This document shows positions 9,290-18,026 of a stretch of 64,000 nucleotides of DNA, piece after piece (positions within the stretch are counted from its first letter, which is position 1; each line of letters begins with the position of its first letter). The position numbers and the translations under genes are program-made. This stretch comes from Candidatus Hodarchaeota archaeon. Its GTDB lineage: Archaea > Asgardarchaeota > Lokiarchaeia > Sigyniarchaeales > SOKP01. The stretch is taken from contig JBHLKM010000007.1 of the NCBI GenBank assembly GCA_048886685.1, forward strand, positions 64,001 through 128,000. Reading direction: 5' to 3'. Under the pieces are notes generated by a model that was not told where the DNA came from, did not search any database, and saw only the letters and a list, made by a program, of their open reading frames with translations.

Positions 9290-9889
9290 ATGATTATAGA
9301 TCATGTCGATAAAATATTGAGTATAAAAATTGTATATTTTGGACCTGCTCTTTCGGGTAAGACAACTTCCATTAAGGCATTATTTTCTCTTTTTGGTATG
9401 GATGAAAAAATATGTAGCATTGAAAGTACGGTCGAAAGGACATTATTTTTTGATTATGGTGTGGTTACCTTTCAAAATCAGGATTGGCAACTTAAAATTC
9501 ATATTTATACGACAACAGGTCAAGATTTCTATCTGATAACTAGATTAACGACATTACGTGCAGTAGATGGAATTATCTTTGTAATAGATTCACAAAAAGA
9601 AGTTTATGAAAGGAATTTAATATCTTGGAAAGAACTTTTTTCATATTTTACTGAATCTATAGAAGCTATTCCAATCCTCATAGCATTCAATAAACAAGAT
9701 TTAGGTTTAGAATTAAAATTTAATGCTGACGACTTTTTGAAAGAAATAGACTATTACAAGTATAAAAATATCGATTCGAGATATACTAGTGCGATTAACG
9801 GAGAAGGTGTATTAGAGTGTTTCGAAGATATTTTGCGATTAGTATTGAAGAAGTATTTTAGAAAAAAATTGATTTCTGTTATAATTTAA
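9290..9889 (+). CDS. MglA-type small GTPase
   Basis: KIVYFGPALSGKTT (G1), ERTLFFDY (MglA switch I with Arg), YTTTGQ (G3), NKQD (G4), SAING (G5). Confidence 0.9.
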   Translation: MIIDHVDKILSIKIVYFGPALSGKTTSIKALFSLFGMDEKICSIESTVERTLFFDYGVVTFQNQDWQLKIHIYTTTGQDFYLITRLTTLRAVDGIIFVIDSQKEVYERNLISWKELFSYFTESIEAIPILIAFNKQDLGLELKFNADDFLKEIDYYKYKNIDSRYTSAINGEGVLECFEDILRLVLKKYFRKKLISVII

Positions 9890-9890
9890 G

Positions 9891-10667
9891 TTATTTTTTA
9901 CTATTTAATAGTTCTTTGATATCACTCGTAAGCTTTTCTGCTAATTTCTCGATATAAACCTTACCTTTCTCAATGTTCGCTTTAGTTGGATCGCCTACAA
10001 CACCTATTTCAGATAAGGCAGAAATTCCTTTTTCATATAACAATTTTTCTGTTTTTGGACCAAGTATACCCAAATATCCTGGTTTAAAACGTTCTTTTCT
10101 TACCTGATTTTCTGTTATGGCTAATACTTGAGAAGTCTCAACTTCACCTGCATGTGCACCAGCTTCTTCATTAGTTATCCCAAATTCATTCGCAATCTGC
10201 CATTCATACACAATAAATTTTAATATATTAGTATATCCAACAATGTTGATGTCTTGGTAGTCAGATTGTATTTCTTCTACAGCTTCTTTTATTGCAGCAG
10301 TGTTTCCACCGTGAGAAGGAATAAAGATGATTTTTTGAAAACCATGTTTTGAGAGGCTTCTAATATAATCAAAAATTATTGCCTTTAATGTATCCTTCTC
10401 CAAAGAAATTGTTCCAGGAAAAGATAAATGATGATCTGAACAACCTACTCTAATGGTTTGAGCTTGTAATGCATTTCCTAGCTTTAATGCTATTTTATTA
10501 GCTAAAATATCACCAATAATCGTATCTGTGTGGGTAGGAAGATGTGGGCCATGTTGTTCTGTAGATCCAACCCCAATAACAACCGTAGTAAATCCACTCT
10601 TAATTGCGTCTTTAATATCTACCCAATTCATCTCTTCCATACGGATAGTCTCCATAAAAACTTTCAC
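9891..10667 (-). CDS. Creatininase-family amidohydrolase
   Basis: GSTEQHGPHLP..TD, GCSDHH..FPGT, SHGGN, HAGEVETS, GVVGDP. Confidence 0.93.
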   Translation of the reverse strand: MKVFMETIRMEEMNWVDIKDAIKSGFTTVVIGVGSTEQHGPHLPTHTDTIIGDILANKIALKLGNALQAQTIRVGCSDHHLSFPGTISLEKDTLKAIIFDYIRSLSKHGFQKIIFIPSHGGNTAAIKEAVEEIQSDYQDINIVGYTNILKFIVYEWQIANEFGITNEEAGAHAGEVETSQVLAITENQVRKERFKPGYLGILGPKTEKLLYEKGISALSEIGVVGDPTKANIEKGKVYIEKLAEKLTSDIKELLNSKK

Positions 10668-10737
10668 CTATTATTCTTCTATTAATTAATTTGATGTGAT
10701 TAAAAAGATAAAAAAAATTAAAAAAATATTTATTAGC

Positions 10738-12642
10738 TTAGTTAAGCAACCAATCTAATTTCAATCTCTTTAGAGTTTCTTCAGTTGGGTTTCCTGTTTT
10801 TTTGTCCCAACCCGCCATATCATAATACATTTCTTGAGCTTTGAAAAATTCTTCTTTATTGATGCCAACGCCTTTACCAGGCCCTTCAGGAACGGGTTTG
10901 AAGACTCGATCTGGTAATTTATCATCTTCTTTAGTAAATCCTTCTCGTGCATTAAAGTGTCTCATCATATTGAGGCAACGCTCCCCGATTTCGAGAAGTT
11001 CTTTCATGTTAGTTTCCCATCCTAATCCGTATTTGCACAAATCAATAAGATGATTAGGCCCATAAAGTTGCCAAGCGAAGCCCCAGGCAAATGTACAAAG
11101 AGACAGGGAATTTTGCATAGAATAGTAACATTGACCGTCATATATGTAGCGAATTTTATTCTCATCTAAAATAGTTGAAACTTCATAATGATCGTAATTT
11201 CCAACCATATCTGTACGACTCTTAAATGGATTTCCTGGAATTGCAATCAATGTGTCATGTTCAGTCGTTTGATGATCTGCTCCATAAGGATTTGCCGCAT
11301 ACACAACAGCTAGCCCTGGTTTCTGTTGAGGCATATGAGCGGGAAATTCTTGTCCTTTTACACCCATAAAGAGGGATTTTGCCTCTTCACCTAATTGATC
11401 AGCATATCGTTTACTACCTTCTGCCAAAAGATTTCCTATACCCTCTCTTTTCGCAATTTTTTTAACTAAAATTGGGAGAACTTCATGATTTCCAAATTTT
11501 AGTTCTAAACCATCAGTATTTTCTTGAGTGAGAATTCCTTTTTCATAACATTCCATTGCAAAAGCAATAGTTGCTCCCGCCGAGATTGTATCTAGACCAT
11601 GCATATTACAAAGTTGATTGCATATGCAAATAGTTTCTAAATCAAGTACTCCACAATAAGAACCGAATGTGGCAAGTGTTTCATATTCAGGACCACCATA
11701 TTGAGGATTAACTTTACCAGGAATATCAATTATTCTCTTGCATGTTACTGCGCAAGCATAACAAGTTTCTCTGCCTTTTAGGATTCCTGTTTCTTCCATT
11801 GCTCTTCCATCAATTTTAGGAGCATTTTTCAATGTTCCCTCTGAAAAATTTCTAGTTGGAAGAAAGCCACTCCTATTCATGGGAATTATAGTTCCACTCG
11901 TACCATATTTCCCAAAACCATCAGCAAATCCGGGAATTCTAGCTTTCATCTCAGGAGAATTGATTAATGATGTATTTAAGCCTTCTTTATCATAGGGTCT
12001 TATTGTTGCCTGTCTTTGAACCACTACAGCTTTTAAATTTTTTGAACCCATTACTGCTCCTGTACCATTTCTACCATTTGCTCTTGTCTTCATATTTATA
12101 ACACAGGCATACTTAACTAAGTTTTCACCAGCAGGACCTATTTGAGCTACTTCAATTTTATCACTACCAATTTCCTTTTTTATAACTTCCTCAGATTCAC
12201 CTGTTACTTTTCCCCAAATGTTCTTTGCATTCTTGATTTCAACTTTTTCTCCATCAATGTAAAGATATGAGGGCCCTTCTGATTTTCCACGAATAACTAT
12301 CGCATCATAGCCATTAGATTTTAAATAAGCAGGAAAATTTCCCCCTGCTTGAGTATCTCCACAACCGCCTGTAAGTGGACTCTTGGTTGTAATCGTCAGC
12401 CTACTAGTGCCACTAATTGGGAGACCGGTTAGGGGGGATACAGAAAATATAAGTAAATTATCAGGAGATAGGGGGTCTATTTTCGGTTTTTGTTCTTGCA
12501 ACATTAAATATACTCCTAAAGCAGATCCTCCAGGATATAATTTATAAAGATCTCCTGAAAGAGTTCTTTTAGATATTTTTTTACTTGTCAGATCTACATC
12601 TAATATAATAGCATCTGGAAATGATTTTTGTATTGTTGTCAT
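10738..12642 (-). CDS. aor: Aldehyde:ferredoxin oxidoreductase (W/Mo-pterin AOR family)
   Basis: KSPLTG, IGPAGENLV, GRNGTGAVMGSKNLKA, CYACAVTC, PEYET, GLDTIS, DKLPDR. Confidence 0.93.
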   Translation of the reverse strand: MTTIQKSFPDAIILDVDLTSKKISKRTLSGDLYKLYPGGSALGVYLMLQEQKPKIDPLSPDNLLIFSVSPLTGLPISGTSRLTITTKSPLTGGCGDTQAGGNFPAYLKSNGYDAIVIRGKSEGPSYLYIDGEKVEIKNAKNIWGKVTGESEEVIKKEIGSDKIEVAQIGPAGENLVKYACVINMKTRANGRNGTGAVMGSKNLKAVVVQRQATIRPYDKEGLNTSLINSPEMKARIPGFADGFGKYGTSGTIIPMNRSGFLPTRNFSEGTLKNAPKIDGRAMEETGILKGRETCYACAVTCKRIIDIPGKVNPQYGGPEYETLATFGSYCGVLDLETICICNQLCNMHGLDTISAGATIAFAMECYEKGILTQENTDGLELKFGNHEVLPILVKKIAKREGIGNLLAEGSKRYADQLGEEAKSLFMGVKGQEFPAHMPQQKPGLAVVYAANPYGADHQTTEHDTLIAIPGNPFKSRTDMVGNYDHYEVSTILDENKIRYIYDGQCYYSMQNSLSLCTFAWGFAWQLYGPNHLIDLCKYGLGWETNMKELLEIGERCLNMMRHFNAREGFTKEDDKLPDRVFKPVPEGPGKGVGINKEEFFKAQEMYYDMAGWDKKTGNPTEETLKRLKLDWLLN

Positions 12643-12794
12643 TTTTAATAACCACTTTTATAAAATTCAGATTATAAAGCTAATAATATTTTATATAAAT
12701 TTATTAATTTCTGGTTTAATTTCAATTTTGAAATATAATTAGTGACAACAAAGTAAGTTCTACATGTACTTGATGTGAAAGCTAGAAGTGGAAA

Positions 12795-13685
12795 CTAAAG
12801 ATTATACTTATTAATTTTGGTTTTACCTTTTTTATGGAGTTTTTTCTTATATTTTTCTAGATATTTTTTATTTAGAATATAATTTCTGTTAGCTAATAGT
12901 CGTAGTAAGGCATCAACAATAATTTTCTTACCATATTCATCTTCAAACATATTCAAGGTTAATTTAAGAAACTTTTTTGTATTTTTTAACTTTTGAAACG
13001 CTCTATCGCGAAATACATTATGTCGCACAGCAAATCCTCTTAATAATTCTACAAGAATATTTTTTGCATTTTGATCATAAAACCTAGCGATTTTATAATT
13101 GCCATAGGTTGTACACAGCAAATTCCAATTTGGGACATAAGCAAAATTTACATTTCGAATAAAAAAGGAGTTAAATCTTATTCTAAATAAGTTAGGCGAG
13201 AATCTATCAGAAAAAGAGAAATATAAAGCATAAGGTTGCGTAGTTTTGAATTTTTCTTCTTGGTATTTGATATTTACATAGTAAACCCTTCCTCTGTAAA
13301 GCTGATGTAACCGCATTTCAGCAGGAGAGATTTTTAGATTTTTAAGATGGTGAGGACTTTTCGGTGACCCAACACATTTCCCATGCCCATAAAAGACCCA
13401 TAACACGTATATTCCTCTATTATTATAATCCTTTGTTCTGGCGGTAAGCTCCCTTGAAGTTATTGGAGAATTCTGGATCTCTACTACTATTTCTTGCCCT
13501 GTGTTATATTTAAAATATATATCGGCTTGTCGAGTTCCAAAATATTTTTCTAACGAGGTTTCAATTATATTGGAATTACTTTCTAAAATTTTATTGTAAA
13601 ATAGATATTTTATTGCTTTATGGGCAAATGATTCTGATTTGGATTCTACTTTTGGTATGATATAATTAATAAATTTAGATTTCAT
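12795..13685 (-). CDS. CoiA-like PD-(D/E)xK-superfamily nuclease
   Basis: ES..H..IK, E...RQADI, VEIQNSPI...L..RT..Y...GIYVLWV match the CoiA nuclease pattern. Confidence 0.75.
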   Translation of the reverse strand: MKSKFINYIIPKVESKSESFAHKAIKYLFYNKILESNSNIIETSLEKYFGTRQADIYFKYNTGQEIVVEIQNSPITSRELTARTKDYNNRGIYVLWVFYGHGKCVGSPKSPHHLKNLKISPAEMRLHQLYRGRVYYVNIKYQEEKFKTTQPYALYFSFSDRFSPNLFRIRFNSFFIRNVNFAYVPNWNLLCTTYGNYKIARFYDQNAKNILVELLRGFAVRHNVFRDRAFQKLKNTKKFLKLTLNMFEDEYGKKIIVDALLRLLANRNYILNKKYLEKYKKKLHKKGKTKINKYNL

Positions 13686-13889
13686 AATTTAGAATGTGTT
13701 AATTGATGAGATTTTTATAATCCCTTTTCTAATACAACTGAATTTAACGAGCATAAAGCAAATCAACGATATAAAGAAAGAGACAATGAAAAATTTGTAA
13801 ATTACTAATAAAAATTTAATCATAAAATCAGTTTTCTCTTTTTCTTTAAATATTTCGGAAAAATTATTATCATAAATTTAATATCAATA

Positions 13890-14600
13890 GTGAAAAATAT
13901 GGTAGATGTCCATAGTCAAAGTTTTTTTGGTCAAAGCACCGGAATGTTCATACAGAGTTCTTCGAAGAGTGAATCTTTTATATTCATGAAATTTATAAAA
14001 AAGAAAAATAATGGTACATGGGAAAAATTATCCAATGGAGAAGGAAAAACAATTAAATGTGGTTTGGAAGAAATAGTAATGATTCTTGAAGTCCTAAAGA
14101 AGAAGAGTAATTCATGGTCCACTGTACATAGTTTTAAAGACGAGAAAACTCAGATATCTCTTAACTGGGAGGGAGATAATAAACTATGGTTTAATGTGGG
14201 GGATTATCCCAAAATGTTAATTTTTACTCAAATAGAGATTTTGAGATTGTTATTAACTCATATCTTAGAGGAAAAAATTGAATTTTCAACCGTTCCAGAC
14301 ATAAGTAAATCGTTTGTAACTAATAATCCAAAAAAAGACAATAGTATCGTGGAACAAAATAATAAGAAAGATGATGGGTTAACTGTTCACGAGGAGATGA
14401 ATTTAGGAGCGAAAATAAGACAACTAAAGGGAAAAATTTTAGGTGAAACCGAAAAGGCTTTACGGGTGGCAATAAATAATGGAAGTGATATATGGATTCC
14501 TAAATCCACAATAAAATCTCAATATAATCCTGAAATAAACATAAAACAAACTTTCTTAATTGATTCGTGGTTTTTAGAAAAAAACAATCTTCAACTATAA
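13890..14600 (+). CDS. Whirly/PC4-fold-like ssDNA-binding protein with C-terminal small beta domain (ETEKA...WIPKS)
   Basis: The N-terminal ~130 aa show a duplicated beta4-alpha pattern that aligns by eye with plant Whirly. A low-complexity linker leads to the C-terminal ETEKAL...WIPKS.I....IDSWF domain. Confidence 0.5.
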   Translation: MKNMVDVHSQSFFGQSTGMFIQSSSKSESFIFMKFIKKKNNGTWEKLSNGEGKTIKCGLEEIVMILEVLKKKSNSWSTVHSFKDEKTQISLNWEGDNKLWFNVGDYPKMLIFTQIEILRLLLTHILEEKIEFSTVPDISKSFVTNNPKKDNSIVEQNNKKDDGLTVHEEMNLGAKIRQLKGKILGETEKALRVAINNGSDIWIPKSTIKSQYNPEINIKQTFLIDSWFLEKNNLQL

Positions 14601-14605
14601 ATTTT

Positions 14606-14809
14606 TTAATCATCATGCTTAGAAACAAAATCCACAAATTCATAAAGCATGAGAGCTTGAAATATGGGATGTCTCTCTTTGAAAGGTATCTTTTCTACTC
14701 CAATATAAATATATTCTTCATTCTTTTGGCTGGAAATCTCAGAAAACGGTATGATTAAATCAGTTATACCTTGAGTTCTTCTATCGTTCGTTTCTAAAAC
14801 CGTTGATAT
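14606..14809 (-). CDS. Possible small protein with non-canonical (ATA) start
   Basis: 67-codon open frame ISTVLETNDRRTQGITDLIIPFSEISSQKNEEYIYIGVEKIPFKERHPIFQALMLYEFVDFVSKHDD*, immediately after AAAAGGTGA and ending 5 bp from the convergent gene's stop. There is no upstream ATG/GTG/TTG in frame. Confidence 0.4.
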   Translation of the reverse strand: MSTVLETNDRRTQGITDLIIPFSEISSQKNEEYIYIGVEKIPFKERHPIFQALMLYEFVDFVSKHDD

Positions 14810-15027
14810 TCACCTTTTTAAAGAGTTTATTCTTATTTATAGTATTTAGTTTAGTCACAAATATTTAGTTTTACTTCGTATACTTCAAGCGAACTTCGAA
14901 TCAACGTAAAAGTTTCATCCTAAACGCTTAAGGATTGCTTTAAACAGTTAATTTACTCATATACCGAAAATAATCGGTACCTACCAACAAAAATAGAAGG
15001 ATAGTTCAAATCTATAAAAGGAAGAAA

Positions 15028-15141
15028 GTGCCCCGTGCCAACCGACGCAATTTAGCGCCTAAAAATCAATAGGGTAAGATTATAGAGTGTAATGAATTAC
15101 ACTACCAAAAGACAAAAATCCAGGGTGTAAGCATGGGGCAT
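15028..15141. ncRNA. Candidate structured RNA / cis-regulatory element
   Basis: GC-rich closing stem GTGCCCCGTGC (15028-38) / GCATGGGGCAT (15131-41) encloses hairpins GACGC-AATTTA-GCGCC, CCTA..TAGG and AGTGTAAT-GA-ATTACACT, in an otherwise AT-rich ~900-bp gap. Confidence 0.4.
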
Positions 15142-15530
15142 AGTTTAATTTCATTGTATATAGTATAAGACAAAAAATTCCTGTCTTCTAGTAATGAGTA
15201 AGATATTTGATAATTTAAATTTCACATTTTTTCTTTATAAACAATCAGTTTAATAATGGTTGAAAATGAGATTGAGATCGAAAGAAAGAAAATCACACTA
15301 GATCATATTATGAAGAAGCATAAAAAACAGTAGCGTCAGATAATATTGAGCAAGCAATTGATTTAACCGAAAAATTAAAGTAATAAAGTCTAAAAAGTTT
15401 CTAGACACCTTATATTTTTTTACTGAAAATAATTGTCATGAGAATTAGTTGATTTTAAAAAAATAGATTATGATTAAAATTTAGAAATTTATAAGATTTA
15501 AAAACAGTAAAAAAAGATGAGAGGAGTAAA

Positions 15531-16352
15531 ATGCAAACAAGGCAGAATTATCTCTTAACTTTAGTTTTAGGTATTATTATTGGTTTCATTTCGATTATAA
15601 TATTATATTTAATTAATTTAAATATTGTTAAAGAAACAATGGCTACTGTTGAGGGAGCTATCCCAGTTCTGACAGCATATATTATTAGAATCTCTATTCT
15701 GATGGGTATGTCTATTTATTTATTTATTAGATGGTTTATGCAAGAAAAAATGTATACTTCGGACCTTCCTTTCTTATTCGGGATGTTTTTTATCCTTTTG
15801 GTGTTCGGAAAATTATTAGATATGCTTTCAAATTTCATGTATCCTGTTGTAGCTCAGGACATTTTTTTGTTTTATCTTAAAATCCGTCAATTTGTAGTAA
15901 TCGCTACTTTGGCACCGATGGTATTCTTAAGTATCATGATGATTGTTATTTTTCTCCAAGCAAGTGGTAAGATTAAGAAATACAATGTCCCTCGAGAAAG
16001 AAACACTTTCTCACTAAAAATCTTGATAATAATAGCAATTATAGAAGCTATATTGATAATTATCACTCCCAATACAACTATTGCAGGGATAAATTTCGCT
16101 AATTTTGTGATATTTTCATTGTTAGTTATCACATGGATGTTTTATTTTTCTTATCGCAATAGAAGATTATCTCAAATACACCCATTAATTGTAGCCGTTG
16201 GATTTACAGTTTACTTGATATCTAATATACTAAGAGTTCTATTCCAGAATATAATCGGAGAAAATGCATTATTTATCGTTACAACTGAGGTTTTAGATAT
16301 AATTATATGTCTGGTTATTTTCATAGGCTATATCAAGAAAGCTAAATATTAA
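15531..16352 (+). CDS. Multi-pass membrane protein (about 8 TM), unknown function
   Basis: Repeated hydrophobic helices; GAGGAG RBS upstream. Confidence 0.8.
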   Translation: MQTRQNYLLTLVLGIIIGFISIIILYLINLNIVKETMATVEGAIPVLTAYIIRISILMGMSIYLFIRWFMQEKMYTSDLPFLFGMFFILLVFGKLLDMLSNFMYPVVAQDIFLFYLKIRQFVVIATLAPMVFLSIMMIVIFLQASGKIKKYNVPRERNTFSLKILIIIAIIEAILIIITPNTTIAGINFANFVIFSLLVITWMFYFSYRNRRLSQIHPLIVAVGFTVYLISNILRVLFQNIIGENALFIVTTEVLDIIICLVIFIGYIKKAKY

Positions 16353-16489
16353 ATCTATTATTTGTATATTATACAAATTTAATTTTATCATACTATTTAT
16401 TAAAAAAAATAGAAAATCGAGGAATTTAAATAGGTAAAATCGAAAAGAAAAATATTTTTTGATCACTATTTTTACTCAATTCTAAAATG

Positions 16490-16512
16490 AGAGAAGAATT
16501 TTTTTCTTCTCT
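16490..16512. terminator. Inverted repeat between convergent genes (possible terminator)
   Basis: AGAGAAGAA-TTTTT-TTCTTCTCT, a perfect 9-bp stem between the ends of 15531..16352 and 16553..16999. Confidence 0.35.
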
Positions 16513-16552
16513 TATCATATTTATAGAAAGAAGGATAATTTCAAGTAAAAGT

Positions 16553-16999
16553 TTAATTTTGAGAAGTTACTTTAATAGGTTTTAAAACGATGCATATCCT
16601 TTCTACACTTTCAATATCCGTTCGAGAACGGAACATTTCTAATATTGCATCTAACTCATTAGTATCCGGAACATTTACTTTAATTAAAATACCACACCTA
16701 CCATCCAATTTATATACTTCCTCACATTGGGGTAGTATTACAGTTTCTCTCAATAACTCTTTAATTTCCGATTCATTTTTCGGTATAAGTGTAAGGAAAG
16801 CATAAATACATCTCTCATCTTCACGACAGATCTTAATAGTAAATTTTTCAATTACACCCCCCTCTTGTAATTTCATTACTCTTTTTCTAACTGTTGATTC
16901 AGATAATCCAACTTCATCCGCAATTTCATGATAAGGTCTTCTTGAATTTTCAAATAACATTTCGATTATTTTTTTATCTTTCTCATCAAGATTTCTCAT
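16553..16999 (-). CDS. Lrp/AsnC family transcriptional regulator
   Basis: LDEKDKKII..L..NSRRPY.EIA..VGLSESTVRKRV..L...GVI..FT HTH plus C-terminal RAM domain. Confidence 0.93.
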   Translation of the reverse strand: MRNLDEKDKKIIEMLFENSRRPYHEIADEVGLSESTVRKRVMKLQEGGVIEKFTIKICREDERCIYAFLTLIPKNESEIKELLRETVILPQCEEVYKLDGRCGILIKVNVPDTNELDAILEMFRSRTDIESVERICIVLKPIKVTSQN

Positions 17000-17072
17000 T
17001 TTTTTTCCTCATCTTCGGGTATTTAAAATATAAAAAAATATAAAATTTAATAAAAAAATTTCACCTAATTAT

Positions 17073-18026
17073 TTACTTCACATATTCTGGAAAATCTCCT
17101 AATAGGGGTGCGAAAAGTCTCTCATATTCAACAGCCATACAATGTATTCCAGCAGCTTTTGTAGTCTTTTTTATCTCATCGATAAATGGTTTAAAGAAAT
17201 CGATATTAATTTTATCTATAGCAGCATATTTTGCCGGTTTATTTCCTTTATTCTCTTTTTCCGCAGTTTTTAAAGCTTTAAGAAGATCCTTTGGAACTGA
17301 GACCCCTGGAATGAAATTATCGAAATACCAAGCAATTCCATGAGATTTAAGAGGAAAGACACCCAATAGCACAGGTACATTGAATTGTTCTAATTCCTTT
17401 AAGAATTCTTTTGCTTGATCAATATCAAAAGCAGTTTGAGTCTGGATGAAGTCAATTCCACGTTCCACCTTACGACCTACCTTAAGGATTTCTGGTTCCC
17501 GAGGGTTACTATTAGGATTTGCAACACATCCAAAGTTCATCTCGATTTTTCCACCTTCAATTTCATTACCTTCATAGTCGGTTCCATCATCTATCATCAT
17601 AGATAACATTTCAGCAAATTGAGTACTATCTATATCATATACCGCCCGACCTTTTTTATGATCTCCCAGTGCTGTATGATCACCTGTAAGTGTTAGTATA
17701 TTTTTTAAACCAAGAACTGCACCTGCGATAACATCCCCAAAGAGAGCAACACGATTTCTATCTCTTACAGTTACTTGCCATACTGCTTCAATATTTGCTC
17801 TTTCTTGAACTAAATAGCTTGGTACCATTGATGACATGTAAGCATCACCTTGTGGACCATCTGTCACATTAGCAGCAACAATCCTCCCTGTTTTTTTCAT
17901 TTCTTTAGCAGAATGGATTATCTCATCAAGATTTAAGATTTTTTTTGGCTCGAGTTCTCCTGTAAATACGAAATGACCTTCTTCAATTGCCTTCATTAAA
18001 TTGCTATATGCTGGTCTTTTTCCCAT
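17073..18026 (-). CDS. metF: Methylenetetrahydrofolate reductase MetF
   Basis: GELEP, NVTD, QVTVRDRNR.AL, NILTLTGD, FIQTQ..FD, PGVSVP, GIHCM. Confidence 0.9.
   Translation of the reverse strand: MGKRPAYSNLMKAIEEGHFVFTGELEPKKILNLDEIIHSAKEMKKTGRIVAANVTDGPQGDAYMSSMVPSYLVQERANIEAVWQVTVRDRNRVALFGDVIAGAVLGLKNILTLTGDHTALGDHKKGRAVYDIDSTQFAEMLSMMIDDGTDYEGNEIEGGKIEMNFGCVANPNSNPREPEILKVGRKVERGIDFIQTQTAFDIDQAKEFLKELEQFNVPVLLGVFPLKSHGIAWYFDNFIPGVSVPKDLLKALKTAEKENKGNKPAKYAAIDKINIDFFKPFIDEIKKTTKAAGIHCMAVEYERLFAPLLGDFPEYVK

Noticed and set aside
2130-10667. Mycofactocin-like RiPP cluster (radical SAM + creatininase + SDR + flavoenzyme)
   Set aside because: No MftA-like precursor (IDGxCGVY) or RRE protein is visible, and the genes are dispersed in mixed orientations.
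14567-14758. 63-aa plus-strand ORF from the track
   Set aside because: It overlaps the end of 13890..14600 and has no RBS; the opposite-strand frame looks more protein-like.
15028-15141. 5S rRNA, tRNA or a known riboswitch
   Set aside because: The length is similar to 5S but the interior is AT-rich with no 5S loop motifs. There is no cloverleaf or TTCGA arm, and no TPP, B12, SAM or FMN consensus recognised.
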